From Octopus vulgaris (Eukaryota), in the NCBI GenBank assembly GCA_951406725.2, contig OX597829.1:39804001-39868000 (forward strand): a stretch of 64,000 nt of DNA, read 5' to 3'. Below, one piece after another: positions 42,035 through 54,149 of the stretch. The first letter of the stretch is position 1, and every line of letters begins with the position of its first letter. The position numbers and the translations under genes were made by a program. The notes under the pieces were generated by a model that had not been told where the DNA came from, made no database searches, and saw only the letters and a list, made by a program, of their open reading frames with translations.

Positions 42035-42625
42035 ATATATTTAGATGAATGTTAGAGATGTCTTCTCATGTAGACTTTGTCTATATGCTCCCATTATATA
42101 ATGTTCCATTATATAATGTCCTATATAATTTCCATCGTAAACTTACCAAATTTAAAGCAAATGTCTACATGATCGATATACTTCCGATGATTGGTATTCG
42201 ATTACAAATCTAGTAAATTTGACTGGCCTTTGATGAGAAAACAAAATGGTCGTCTTTATACTGACGCTATTACCCTTGCGATATTGGACGTTATTGCTGG
42301 TTGATAGTGAACGGGATCAGAGTATTTACCAATTGAGCAGGGGGGAAACAGAACATAATGTGTGTGTTTTCATTGGATTAGAAGTTATTGCACGTGCAAT
42401 AAATGTTGACTACATCCAGGTCTCGACTGTTTAAAAATTTTACCTTTTTAAGATTTCACCCGATAATGGTGGATTGTATAGTATGTTATAATATTTTACG
42501 ACTGCATTAAATAGAATTCTACCGAAACAGGTGTCGCAAATTTTAAACGCCATTCGTGTCTACTATTACGTGTGTGTGTGTGTATACATACACACACACA
42601 CAAACACACACATATATATATACAT

Positions 42626-42843
42626 ATTTCTTTACTACCCATAAGGAGGACAAACAAGGATAGACAAACGGATTAAGTCGATTATCTCGACGCCAGTGCG
42701 TAACTGGTATTTATTTAATCGACGCCGACAGGATGAAAGGCAAAGTCGACCTCGGCAGAATTTGAACTCAGAACGCAGCCGCAGACGAAATACCGCAAAG
42801 CATTTCCCCCCGGTGTGCTAACGTTTCTGCCAGCTCGCCGCCT
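42626..42843 (-). mobile_element. SINE family B
   Basis: Reverse complement of the consensus. Confidence 0.9.
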
Positions 42844-42858
42844 ACACACACATATATA

Positions 42859-42940
<82 letters not shown>

Positions 42941-42949
42941 GTCTATATA

Positions 42950-43758
42950 TTTGTAAGTAGTTAAGTTATTGTCTGGTCATAGAGTGACCAATGGCTTCGC
43001 ATCCACACAGGCCATAACCTCGTGAACGATTCTTCAGTTTCTAAAACCGAAGACAAACGTAACTCTTCACCTCTGGGAGGCAGAAATCCGTTACGGTCAT
43101 TTGGTCAGAAGTCATCAAAGAATAATCCGGGGTATCAGGTCAATGAGGATGGGTTATCTCCCTTATCCTAGTTTTTTTTGCTGGCTGAAAGAGGAGGAAA
43201 CAGCGTCCACAGGTCCTTATTCAGAATCACGTAAAGACGATTCGTCACATCCCTGATCACCACGTGTAGCGTCTCAAAGACGTAGGGATCCCTTACGATA
43301 TCAAGTGGAAGATCTTAGAGCGGCTGGGATCTACATTAACGGGAGCTAACGCTGCAATCTTGTTGAGCAAGCAAGGATACTCAAAGACTCTCTGAAGCCT
43401 GGATCACTGAATACTCACCCAGAGATTTATAGTCCACATAAAACAGTACCTGCTGAAAGCATGGGATTCCCCAATCCCCGATTAGATCCGAGGGGTCCTT
43501 ACAATCCAGAAGCAGCCCTAGTGATAAATCCCTGTTTCTCCTCTTTCGGCCCACAAAAAACTGCTCTAAGGGAGATAACCCGTCCTCATTGACCCCCGGG
43601 CTACTTTTTCTTTGATGACTACTGACCAAATGACCGTAACGGATCCTGCCTCTCAGAGATGAAGAGTTACATATATCTTTGGTTTTAGAGTCTGAAGAGT
43701 CGTTTGGATGCAAAACCATTGGTCACTCTATAACCGGACATTAATTTTACTTATAAAT
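42950..43758 (+). mobile_element. PLE 3' fragment with inverted pseudo-LTRs
   Basis: 42950-43204 is rc of 43531-43758. The middle encodes a decayed GIY-YIG C-terminus (YDIKWKILER..YINGS*RCNL..E..IL..SLN..EI..H). Both arms carry an HHR. Confidence 0.8.
43686..43730 (+). ncRNA. Hammerhead-like motif in pLTR (G12A-damaged)
   Basis: TAGAGT-CTGAAGA-stem II-AAAA-CCATTGG-TC-ACTCTA, with a 6-bp stem I and GUC site. Confidence 0.6.
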
Positions 43759-43918
43759 GCATTACTGCTCTATGCTCTAACTGCGCTATGTTCTAAACTG
43801 TGGGTCCCGCTCCTTCAGTGGGTCGCGAGATAATTAAATAGGTCGCGAGAATAATGTTTGAAAAGCGCTGCTTTAGAGGGTGCTTCTCTCTCGGATATAT
43901 GTAGATATGTAAAAGAGA

Positions 43919-43970
<52 letters not shown>

Positions 43971-44081
43971 GTACATACATGTCTACATACATACACATAC
44001 ATACGCACATACATACGCACATACATACATACATACATACATACATACATACATACATACATACGCACATACATACATACA

Positions 44082-44117
<36 letters not shown>

Positions 44118-44219
44118 CACATACATACATACATACATACATACATACACACACATACATACATACATACATACATACATACATACATACATACATACAT
44201 ACATACATACATACATACA

Positions 44220-44251
<32 letters not shown>

Positions 44252-44414
44252 CACATACATACATACATACATACATACATACATACATACATACATACAT
44301 ACATACATGCATACATGCATGCATGCATACATACATATGTGTGTGTATGGATAAGTCGACAGTTAGAGGGAAAAGAGATAAAGATGAGGAAAAAGAGACA
44401 GCAAAAGAGAGAGA

Positions 44415-44456
<42 letters not shown>

Positions 44457-45294
44457 TGTCTATTAAAGATATGAATTAGTTCTGTAACGTATTGATTGGA
44501 GATAATCGAATCGGAGCGTCCCCAAGAGAATCGATCACCTTGACAGTTTAAATCAATCGAAATTATTATTATTTATCTCCATCAGGTCAGTCTTGATCGA
44601 AAAAAAAAAAAGACTCGTGTTCGAAGAGAATGATCCAACCATAGCCATCCCGCTTGTTTTTTTTTTCTATGATATGTATCATCTGTGTGCGTACGTGCAT
44701 GTGTGTGCGTGCGTGCAAGTGTGTGCGTGCGTGTGTGCGTGTGTGTGTTTATGATTTGAGGAAGATTTGACTGCTGCTTCTTGCATTATCATGATTCTTG
44801 CTTTTAGGTATGGTTATCATTTAGTACAAGAACGCGGCGGGCTGGCAGGATTGTTAGCATGCCGGACAAAATGCTTCGTAGCATTTCTTCCGGCTTTACG
44901 GTCTGAGTTCAAGTGCATTTCCTCTTTTAGCGGTCGGTTAAGGAAGTACCAGTCAAGTACTGGGGTCGATATAATTATCTATCCTTCTTTCCCCAGAAGA
45001 TTTAGACCCCGTAACTATAGTAGAAAGAGTTATTATTTAGCCCAAGGTTAAAACTGACTGATTAAAGACGTTCCAGCCGTGCAAAGTTTTCGTTGCCTAG
45101 CTTCTGATCAATCATGATGTAGACAACTGCAAAAGCGTTCTAACCATGACGATCCCACCTTAGAGGTACATAAGAAAATATTTTCTCACGTGTATAACCT
45201 ATTCTTGCATTTGGTGATGATGGGGGATTCAAGAGAAATGTCATTGTTATTTCTAGCGAACATATGACCACATAGATTGTCCCTTGTTTACTCG

Positions 45295-45745
45295 TTCTTC
45301 TTCTTCTTCTTCTTCTTCTTCTTCTTCTTCTTCTTCTTCTTCTTCTTCTTCTTCTTCTTCTTCTTCTTCTTCTTCTTCTTCTTCTTCTTCTTCTTCTTCT
45401 TCTTCTTCTTCTTCTTCTTCTTCTTCTTCTTCTTCTTCTTCTACTTCTTCTTCTTCTTCTTCTTCTTCTTCCTAATCCTTTTTGCCCCTCGTGGAGCATA
45501 TGGCCTCAACAGTTGTTTTCCACTTTTTGCGATCATTGGCGTGTTTCTTGACTGCTTCCCATGTCAGGCCGGTGGTCCTGAGCTCGTCCAAAATGCTCCG
45601 CTTCCATGTCTGCTTCGGGCGCCTTCGCTTCCTTTTCCCCTGCGGGTTCCAGTCAAGTGCTTGTCGTGTCACATTTGAGGGTTCTTTCCGCAGTGTGTGT
45701 CCGATCCATCTCCATTTCCTTCGTCTAATCTGAACATTATAAGAT
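45295..45745 (-). mobile_element. RTE-clade LINE 3' end with long (GAA)n tail
   Basis: IRRRKWRWIGHTLRK...ALDWNPQGKRKRRRPKQTW...DRKKW. The (TTC)n tract spans 45295-45471. Confidence 0.92.
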
Positions 45746-46060
45746 TGGTGGTGAAATCGCTGTTGTTGCTTGTTTGTTTGTTGAGCGAAGCGGTCTTTCG
45801 TCCCAGAGTGGGAGAAGTCCGCTGCCCTAACCACTGGGCCATTGCGCCTCCACTGCTGTTGTTGCTGTTGATGGCTGTGGTGGTGGTAGTGGTTGTGGTA
45901 GTGGTTCTAATGATAGTGGTTGTAGTGGCGGTTGTGGTGGTGTTTGTCCGTGGGTCAGCCTTGATCCAGTAGATCTAATATAAAAGGGATTCCAGTCCAC
46001 TCATGCAAGAAACTTAGATCTGCATTAAGACGACGTGTGTGTGTGAGTGTGTGTGTGAGT

Positions 46061-46112
<52 letters not shown>

Positions 46113-46565
46113 TTTGCGAGTTATTTAGTTATTATTTCTAGCTGGTCGAGCCACTAGGTAGAGAGGTTCGTTCGAAATTCGAGGAGTGTTCGCATTGGGT
46201 GACTGTGTGTGAGTAGTGATGAAGCAAGTCGAGCAGAAGAGGAGTGCTTGTGAAGTGTGCGTGCGTGCGTACGTGCGCTTCTGTGTGCGTGTGCGCGGAC
46301 GTCTGATCGTGTGTACGTGTGTAGGGTTAATGCATATGTGGGATAGAGAGAGAGAGAGAGAGAGAGAGGAACTGAAAAAGGGAAAAAGGAAAAAAAAAAA
46401 AGAAACGTCCAAAGCTGGATGTGTTCTTCCTCCTCAGCAGGGGGGGAAACTGCTAACATAACCATTCTGATTAAAGGGACGTTTGTAGGAAGTTTCTGCA
46501 AGTTGGTAAAACGCTCTACTGCCATCGAGGATGGGAGCGAGAGAGTTAGCAATTGCGTGATAGAG

Positions 46566-46674
<109 letters not shown>

Positions 46675-46856
46675 ACACACACACACACACATATATATGT
46701 AATGTGTGTGCGCGTGTATATATATATATATGTATATGTATGTATATATATACATACATATATATATATCTACATATATCTATATGTCTCTATCTATCTG
46801 TCTATCAATCTATCTATCTCTCATTCTCTCTCCCCATTTTCTCTCCTCTCTTTCTT

Positions 46857-46905
<49 letters not shown>

Positions 46906-46910
46906 GCATG

Positions 46911-46941
<31 letters not shown>

Positions 46942-46957
46942 GTAATGTGTGTGCGTG

Positions 46958-46991
<34 letters not shown>

Positions 46992-47079
46992 CATACATAC
47001 ATACATATATATGTACATATATCTATATCTCTCTATCTATCTGTCTATTAATCTATTTCTCTCTTTTTCTCTCTCCCCA

Positions 47080-47160
<81 letters not shown>
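46675..47160. repeat. ~240 bp tandem duplication of a compound microsatellite
   Basis: The unique anchors ATATGTAATGTGTGTGCG and TCTCTCCCCATTTTCTCTC each occur twice (46693/46938 and 46826/47071). Confidence 0.85.
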
Positions 47161-47164
<4 letters not shown>

Positions 47165-47258
47165 TATATATATATAGGAATAAAATTTATATATAAAGAA
47201 ACAAGAACGTGAAATACACAAAGGGACGAACACAGAAAACAGGCGGTCATTCGAAGCC

Positions 47259-47313
<55 letters not shown>

Positions 47314-47438
47314 GAGGGCATTATATACATGCCAGAAGGCATTATACATACATGCCAAACGCTAAGAGGGACAATTAGTCATTTCTACCAAAATTTCTTG
47401 TTAAGTTTTCCTTATTAAGTAGTTGTCCTTAATTGCTA

Positions 47439-47471
<33 letters not shown>

Positions 47472-47649
47472 AAACACACACACACACACATACACACACA
47501 CACATATATATATATATATCTATATGTATATATGCACACATATATATATCGTTTACTATCCTGATGCTATCTTGCATGTATTTTGCTGGGGTGTTTAAAT
47601 AAACTCTCACTCGGCGACTTCCTGTAGCTGATGTAATCAGTATTTTTAA

Positions 47650-47935
47650 TCCGCGTCTTTGTAGTGGTTAGGGTGTTTCACTCACGATCTAGCGATCGTC
47701 AGTTCAATTCCTGAATCGGGTGATGAGGTTGTGTTCTCGAGCAAAACACTTCAACTCACGTTCCTGTGCGATCATTTCGACCACCTGATGCGTGGTACGC
47801 AGTGCAACTGTTCAGGTAAGGTCTATTTGATAGAAAGAACGAGCTAATGTGCGGCACGAGTATTTGATCACTATAAGCAAATCGTTTGCGCAGGCCGTTT
47901 GACAAAAGGCTAAACGACCATATGTCGTCTTCAAT
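47650..47935 (+). mobile_element. Diverged family C-like SINE
   Basis: TAGTGGTTAGGG..AGTTCAATTCC..GTGTTCTCGAGCAAAACACTT. Confidence 0.7.
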
Positions 47936-47963
47936 TTGAGAGCCCATTACATACATGCGAATC

Positions 47964-48020
<57 letters not shown>

Positions 48021-48719
48021 TGGCAAATATGTTGATGAAAGACCATATATTTAAATTCGATATTGTTGCCCCATTGAAGGTCATTTTTGGAATGAACACA
48101 TACATTGATTGTAGTTTACTTCAGTTTTATTGCAAAATAATCACTTAAATAACCAAGGATTAGTTTTAAAAATTCTTCACACTACTTTGGCATTTTATCC
48201 ATTGGCACGGAACGAAATTTGCTTACGGTGTGTAGACCCAGATCCAAAATCTTTTACAAACAAGGTTTTAATTGCTTTTTAAAAAAAAAAATTACTTTTG
48301 TTCTTTTGTCCTTTGAGAAGAAATCTAACTTCATTCTACTTTTTACAGATCACTTTATATGCACTGTTTTCTGAACCTGAGAATAGTAAGTAAAGGTGCA
48401 AATTTTGATTTACACCCTTACTTACTGGTGGTGGAGGTGGCGGTGGTGCGTGGATATGAAAAGTGTATTTTAAAAAAATTGAACGAAGTTTTTGTTATAT
48501 CACCTATCACTTAACACATGCGTATTAGTGTAATTCAATGAAATATTTACGTGGTAGGTATATGCAATTTAACTAAAGGTTGTATCATATGTACAGGATA
48601 TTTTTTTTTTATTTCTTATGGGGGAAATGGAAAAATAAGACAGAATATTAATTTTATAAATAGTGTATATTAAGTTTATAAAATTGTGCATAAAGTATAT
48701 AAAGTGCATTCAGTAATCA

Positions 48720-49017
48720 TCGCATTCCAATTTCTTTCATTTTTCAATGAGTAGCAGTCGAGCGATTATCTCTTCGTATAGACACAACCCAGGCTACACT
48801 TTCAAGTTTTGGGATAAAGTTTTCAGAAATAACCCAATAGGTTTACCATTAATTCTGTGAAATTATTATATTTTCCATTTCAACACTGTTTATCGGTCCA
48901 ATATGTCTCTGCATGTTATGTTGGTAAAGTATTGGTTTTTGCTTTTGTTTTTCATCGTATTCACCGCAGTGTCCCCTGATTATTTCACCTATTCTCCGGG
49001 CCATTTCTCCTATATAG
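48720..49017 (-). pseudogene. GIY-YIG (PLE-type) fossil fragment
   Basis: rc translates AYIGEMARRIGEIIRGH..EY....LYQH...H. Confidence 0.5.
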
Positions 49018-49194
49018 GCACAGCGGTGACTTCATAAGAAGTTTGCTTCCAACCACAAGGTTCCGGGTTCAGTCTCATTGCGTGACACCTCGGGCAAATA
49101 TCTCCTACGAAAACGCTGGACTGACTAAAGCCTAGTAAATGGATTTGGTAGACGGAAACTGAAAGATGCCAGCTGCGTGCGCGCGCGTATGTGT

Positions 49195-49238
<44 letters not shown>

Positions 49239-49462
49239 TTATTCAGTTTATTTCAAGATTTCTTGTTAATAGAGAAAGAACCGGTTTCATTGGTATTTCA
49301 ACATCAACAACAGGGTATTTTTGTTTGTTTATTTGTATGTTTGTATGCATGTATGTATGTATGTATGTATGTATGTATGTATGTATGTATGTATGTATGT
49401 ATGTATGTATGTATGTATGTATGTATGTATGTATGTATGTATGTACGTATGTATGTATGTAC

Positions 49463-49493
<31 letters not shown>

Positions 49494-49794
49494 TGTATGT
49501 ATGTATGTATGTATGTATGTACGTACGTATGTATGTATATATGTATGTACGTATGTATGTATGTATGTATGTATGTACGTACGTATGTATGTATGTATGT
49601 ATGTATGTATGTATGTATGTACGTACGTACGTACGTACGTACGTATGTATGTATGTATGTATGTATGTATGTATGTATGTATGTATGCATGCATGTATGT
49701 ATGTATGTATGTATGTATGTATGTATGTGCAAATTTTATGTTTTATGTATTCTCATGCATATAGTTGTATATCTAGACATGCTCATATATATAT

Positions 49795-49995
49795 TTAAAT
49801 GATAAACTTCCGGTGAGTTTTACAGATTTTTACAGTTCCAGTGATATATTGAATTTGTAGTCTTCGAATTAGCTTTCTCCTTTCTGGTTTTGAGAAACCT
49901 AATTTCTCAAGACTGGTATTTAGGCAGTGTGTTACTCCAGGGCTCCAATAATTGTAATCTGGATAGAACAACTGCAGATTTTTCAATAGTTCAGC

Positions 49996-49997
<2 letters not shown>
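49795..49997 (-). mobile_element. Non-LTR element (RLE-type) extreme 3' ORF fragment within split SINE A
   Basis: YAELLKNLQLFYPDY...LEKLGF..LIRRLQIQ..GTVKICKT, flanked by (TACA)n. SINE A head at 49015-49170 and tail at 50295-50460. Confidence 0.55.
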
Positions 49998-50026
<29 letters not shown>

Positions 50027-50461
50027 TGTATGTATGTATGTATGTATGTATGTATGTATGTATGTATGTATGTATGTATGTATGTATGCATGTATGTATG
50101 CATGTATGTATGCATGCATGCACACATGTATGTATGTATATATGTATGTATGTATGTATGTATGCATTCATGTATGTATATATGTATGTATATACGTATG
50201 TATGTGTGAATGTATGTGTGAATGTATGTATGTATTTATATGTGTGTGTGTATGTATGTATGTGTGTGCATATATGTATGTCCATGTATGTATGTGTCTT
50301 CGTGTCTGTGTTTGTTCCTACCACCGCTTGACAACCGACGTTGGTGTGTTTACGTCCTCATAACATAGCGGTTCGGCACAAGAGACCAATAGAATAAGTA
50401 CAAGGCCTAAAAAAAAAAATAAGGAGTTGGGTCGATTCATTCGACTAAAAATTCTTCAAAA

Positions 50462-52100
50462 TGTGGTATGCTTCTAATACAAAGAGGCAAAATATTGTCG
50501 TCTGATGTTGCAGAGCTATCCAACGGCAAGAAAATGAAGGATATTGAAACTAATGGCTATAAATATCTGGTTATTTAAAAATAATCAAGAAAAGTGAAAT
50601 GAAAGAAAGCTTTAAAAACAAAATCAGAGCAATTAACACATGAGCTGTTTCCTTAATGCGATACGGCGCAGGTGTTGTTATGTAGACAAAGAACTAGCTT
50701 GAGGAAATGGACAGGAATAGTACATCAAACATAAGAGTGAATCCTTGCTTGCCGCTGTTAGAATTAACGATATAATAGCTACCGAAAATTTGATGAGCCC
50801 ACAGATATTTAAGAAGCAAGATGAAGAAGTAAGAATAAACAACTGGAAAGTGAAATCACTGCATGGACAATACCTCAGAGAAATCGAAGGAAAAGACAAG
50901 ATCAACACTTGGAGATGGCTAAGAAAAAGTGATCTGAAAGGAACAAGCTCTGAGAACTAATTACACCAAGTTCCAAATTGATAAGAGCAATGAATCGCTC
51001 CTTTGTAGGATGTGTGGCAGCAGAACCGAAACAATCTCACATATTGTGATTGAGTGTAGAAAGCTGGCCCAAAAATCACAACAAAAGGAGACACTATAAT
51101 GTGGTTAAGTTCGTCCACTGGAGACTATGGGAAAAGTACGGCCTGAACAGAGCACGGAAATGGTATGAACATGAACATAAGGCGACGAGCTGGCAGAAAC
51201 GTTAGCACGCCGGGCGAAATGCGTAGCCGTATTTCGTCTGCCGTTACGTTCTAAGTTCAAATTCCGTCGAGGTCGACTTTGCTTTTCATCCTTTCGGGGT
51301 CGATAAATTAAGTACCAGTTACGCACTGGGGTTGATGTAATCGACTTAATCCGTTTGTCTGTCATTGTTTGTCCCTTCTGTGTTTAGCCCCTTGTGGGTA
51401 GTAAAGAAATAGGTATTTCGTCTGCCGTTACTTTGTGAGTTCAAATTCCGCCGAGGTCGACTTTGCCTTTCATCCTTTCGGGGTCGATAAATTAAGTACC
51501 AGTTATGCACTGGGGTTGATGTAATCGACTTAATCCGTTTGTCTGTCCTTGTTTGTCTCCTCTGTGTTTAGCCCCTTGTGGGTAGTAAAGAAATAGGTAT
51601 TAACATGAACCAGAAGGAGTCGCCGAGAAAAAATAACATAAGATTCTGTGGGATTTTACATTCCAATGTAACTCTCTAATCGAGGCGGGGGGACCAGATA
51701 TTGTTGTGGTAGATAAAGGGGAAGAAAAAAACAGAAACCAAGATCATAGATATTGCGATACATGGAGATGCACGCTTAAGTGGCAAAAAAACTAGAAAAC
51801 ATTGAAAATTACAGACTGCTAAAAGACGAAATTGTAGGAATGTGGGCCATGAGGAGAACGCCTGTCATCCAAGTAGTCGTAGGGGCACTCGGAGCACTAA
51901 CAACCAAGTTCGAGAAATATGTCAGAGAAATCGGAATTGACATGAGAGCAGAGCAAACCCCAAAACTGCTCTGTTGGGGACATCTAGGATTTGGAAATTG
52001 GTACTTGCATGTTGAATGTCTCCCACGATAATTAACAACAGCTGTAAGACTGATTATTTTCCAATAATAATAATAATAATAATGTATAATAATAATAATA
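50462..52100 (+). mobile_element. R4/Dong-clade (RLE) non-LTR retrotransposon fossil
   Basis: YKYL, AINT.A...RYGAG, LHGQY, CRMC..ETISHI..C (CCHC), KWYEH.P, ILWDF, PDIVV, IIDIA, VVVGALG, followed by a (TAA)n tail. Confidence 0.88.
51179..51598 (+). mobile_element. SINE family B dimer inserted in R4/Dong
   Basis: Two units joined at AAAGAAATAG|GTATTTCG. Candidate TSD GTATKAACATGAAC. Confidence 0.9.
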
Positions 52101-52479
52101 ATGTACATACATACATACATACATACATAATACGTACGTACATACACACATACACACATACATACATACATACATACATACATACATACATACATACATA
52201 CATGCATACATACATACATACATAAACACACACACATAAATAATCCTATATACATATATTCATACAATTATTTAATTATATACATGTATTTGTGTGTGTA
52301 TGTGTGTGTGCATGCGTGTACGTACGTATGTATGTATGTATTTATGTATGTATGTATGTATTTATGTATGTATGTATGTATGTATGTATGTATGTATGTA
52401 TGTATGTATGTATGTATGTGTGTGTGTATGTCTGTATGTATGCATGCATTCTTTATTCTTTTATTCTTTTATTCTTTTA

Positions 52480-52670
52480 TTTGTATCAGTCATTTGACTG
52501 TGGCCATACTGGAGCACCGCCTTTAGTCGAAAACAATCGACCCCAGGACTTATTGTTTGTAAGACTAGTACTTTTTCTATCGGGTTTTATCGCCGAACCG
52601 CAAAATTACGGGAACGTAAACACACCAGCATCGGTTGTCAAGCGATGGTGGGGGACAAACACAGACACAC
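52480..52670 (-). mobile_element. SINE family A 3' half
   Basis: Reverse complement of the consensus. Confidence 0.88.
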
Positions 52671-52727
52671 GCATACACACACACATACACATACACATAC
52701 ACAACACACATGCACATACACATATAT

Positions 52728-53017
52728 AAACGAAAAAGACGTTTCCATTCTTCCCGAGTGTGAAACTAAGACACCTGCTTTTTGTTCCTACATCTTTCGT
52801 CAAAATGCGACCTCGTGTGTACCGTTGGCGATTTTTTTCCTCTGTCTTCCCTTCTCTGGATCTCTCCTTCTCCTATGTTTCCGACGAAGAGCTCCGCTCA
52901 AAACGTTAAACCCTCCTTCTTTCCTTCCTTCCTTCCTGAGCGTCCAATAATACTATATTTGTTCCACGTCCTCGCGTTGTTGTGTTTTTTTGTGCTTTCT
53001 TGCTTGGATTAACTTTA
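52728..53017 (+). mobile_element. HHR-bearing pLTR-like element, subfamily 2, preceded by a partial unit
   Basis: GTTT-CCGACGA-A-GAGC/TCC/GCTC-AAAA-CG-TT-AAAC at 52877-52911. Segment 52728-52795 resembles the post-HHR part of subfamily 1. Confidence 0.68.
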
Positions 53018-53056
53018 TACACACACCTACATACATATACAATTAAATAAATATAA

Positions 53057-53097
<41 letters not shown>

Positions 53098-53834
53098 AGA
53101 TAATTAGCAAAAAGGGACTAGGCCGAATGAAACTGGACTGAAGTGGTCGAATAAATAATCATCATTGAACATTGGATGCGTGTGAGCATTGATTTCGGAG
53201 ATAGCAAACTAGCTCACAATGATTTTAGGAATAAAATACAACGCTATATGATAGGAATTTTTTCAAAAATTTTTTATTATCTGCATGTATCTTTATGTCA
53301 ATTGTTGTGGAAAGATTATAATTTGTAATGTACGACTCTCATCCTAATCTCACAGAACTTAACAAATTCATTTTATTCCCATCCACCTCCGAACACATAC
53401 TCATTTAGGCACCACTCCGCCCATTATCTCCCCCTTGTCCACTCTTCAGTTTTATTTTACGAAACACCAGCTAGAAGTGATTGATAAGGATTTTATTTTA
53501 TTTTTTCTATGTTTTCTTCTTTTTCCCTTGTTTTGTGTTTATTGTCAAATAATGTAAGAAAGAGGAAATCAAAATGACACTGTATTATTTATATGACAGA
53601 GGATCCTATGAATAGCTTAACAAATCAAATTTATACCATATGGAGTTATAAAATAAATACTGTTTTCTAAATTGTTTACAAATAACTTCACAATAGACAA
53701 GCAGACATAGGCAGAAAGTAGATATGGAGTTCAATAGACATTAATTTGTTTTGGCCGTCACTGCTAAGACCATGCAGGGACATGTGTTCGTTAACAGTCG
53801 GGGTTGTGTAGGGAGTTTTCCCAGACGTTGCTCC

Positions 53835-54064
53835 GGCGAGCTGGCAGAACCGTTAGCACGCCGGGCGAAATGCGTAGCCGTATTTCGTCTGCCGTTACGT
53901 TCTGCGTTCAAATTCCGCCGAAGTCGACTTTGCCTTTCATCCTTTCGGGGTCGATAAATTAAGTACCAGTTACGCACTGGGGTCGATGTAATCGACTTAA
54001 TCCCTTTGTCTGTCCTTGTTTGTCTTCTCTGTGTTTAGCCCCCTTGTGGGTAGTAAAGAAATAG
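53835..54064 (+). mobile_element. SINE family B
   Basis: Consensus match. Further partial copies at 54442-54570 (+) and 55205-55417 (-). Confidence 0.92.
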
Positions 54065-54109
54065 GAGTATGAACAAAGCACATACGTTGCATATATGCGA
54101 TCGATAATG

Positions 54110-54149
<40 letters not shown>

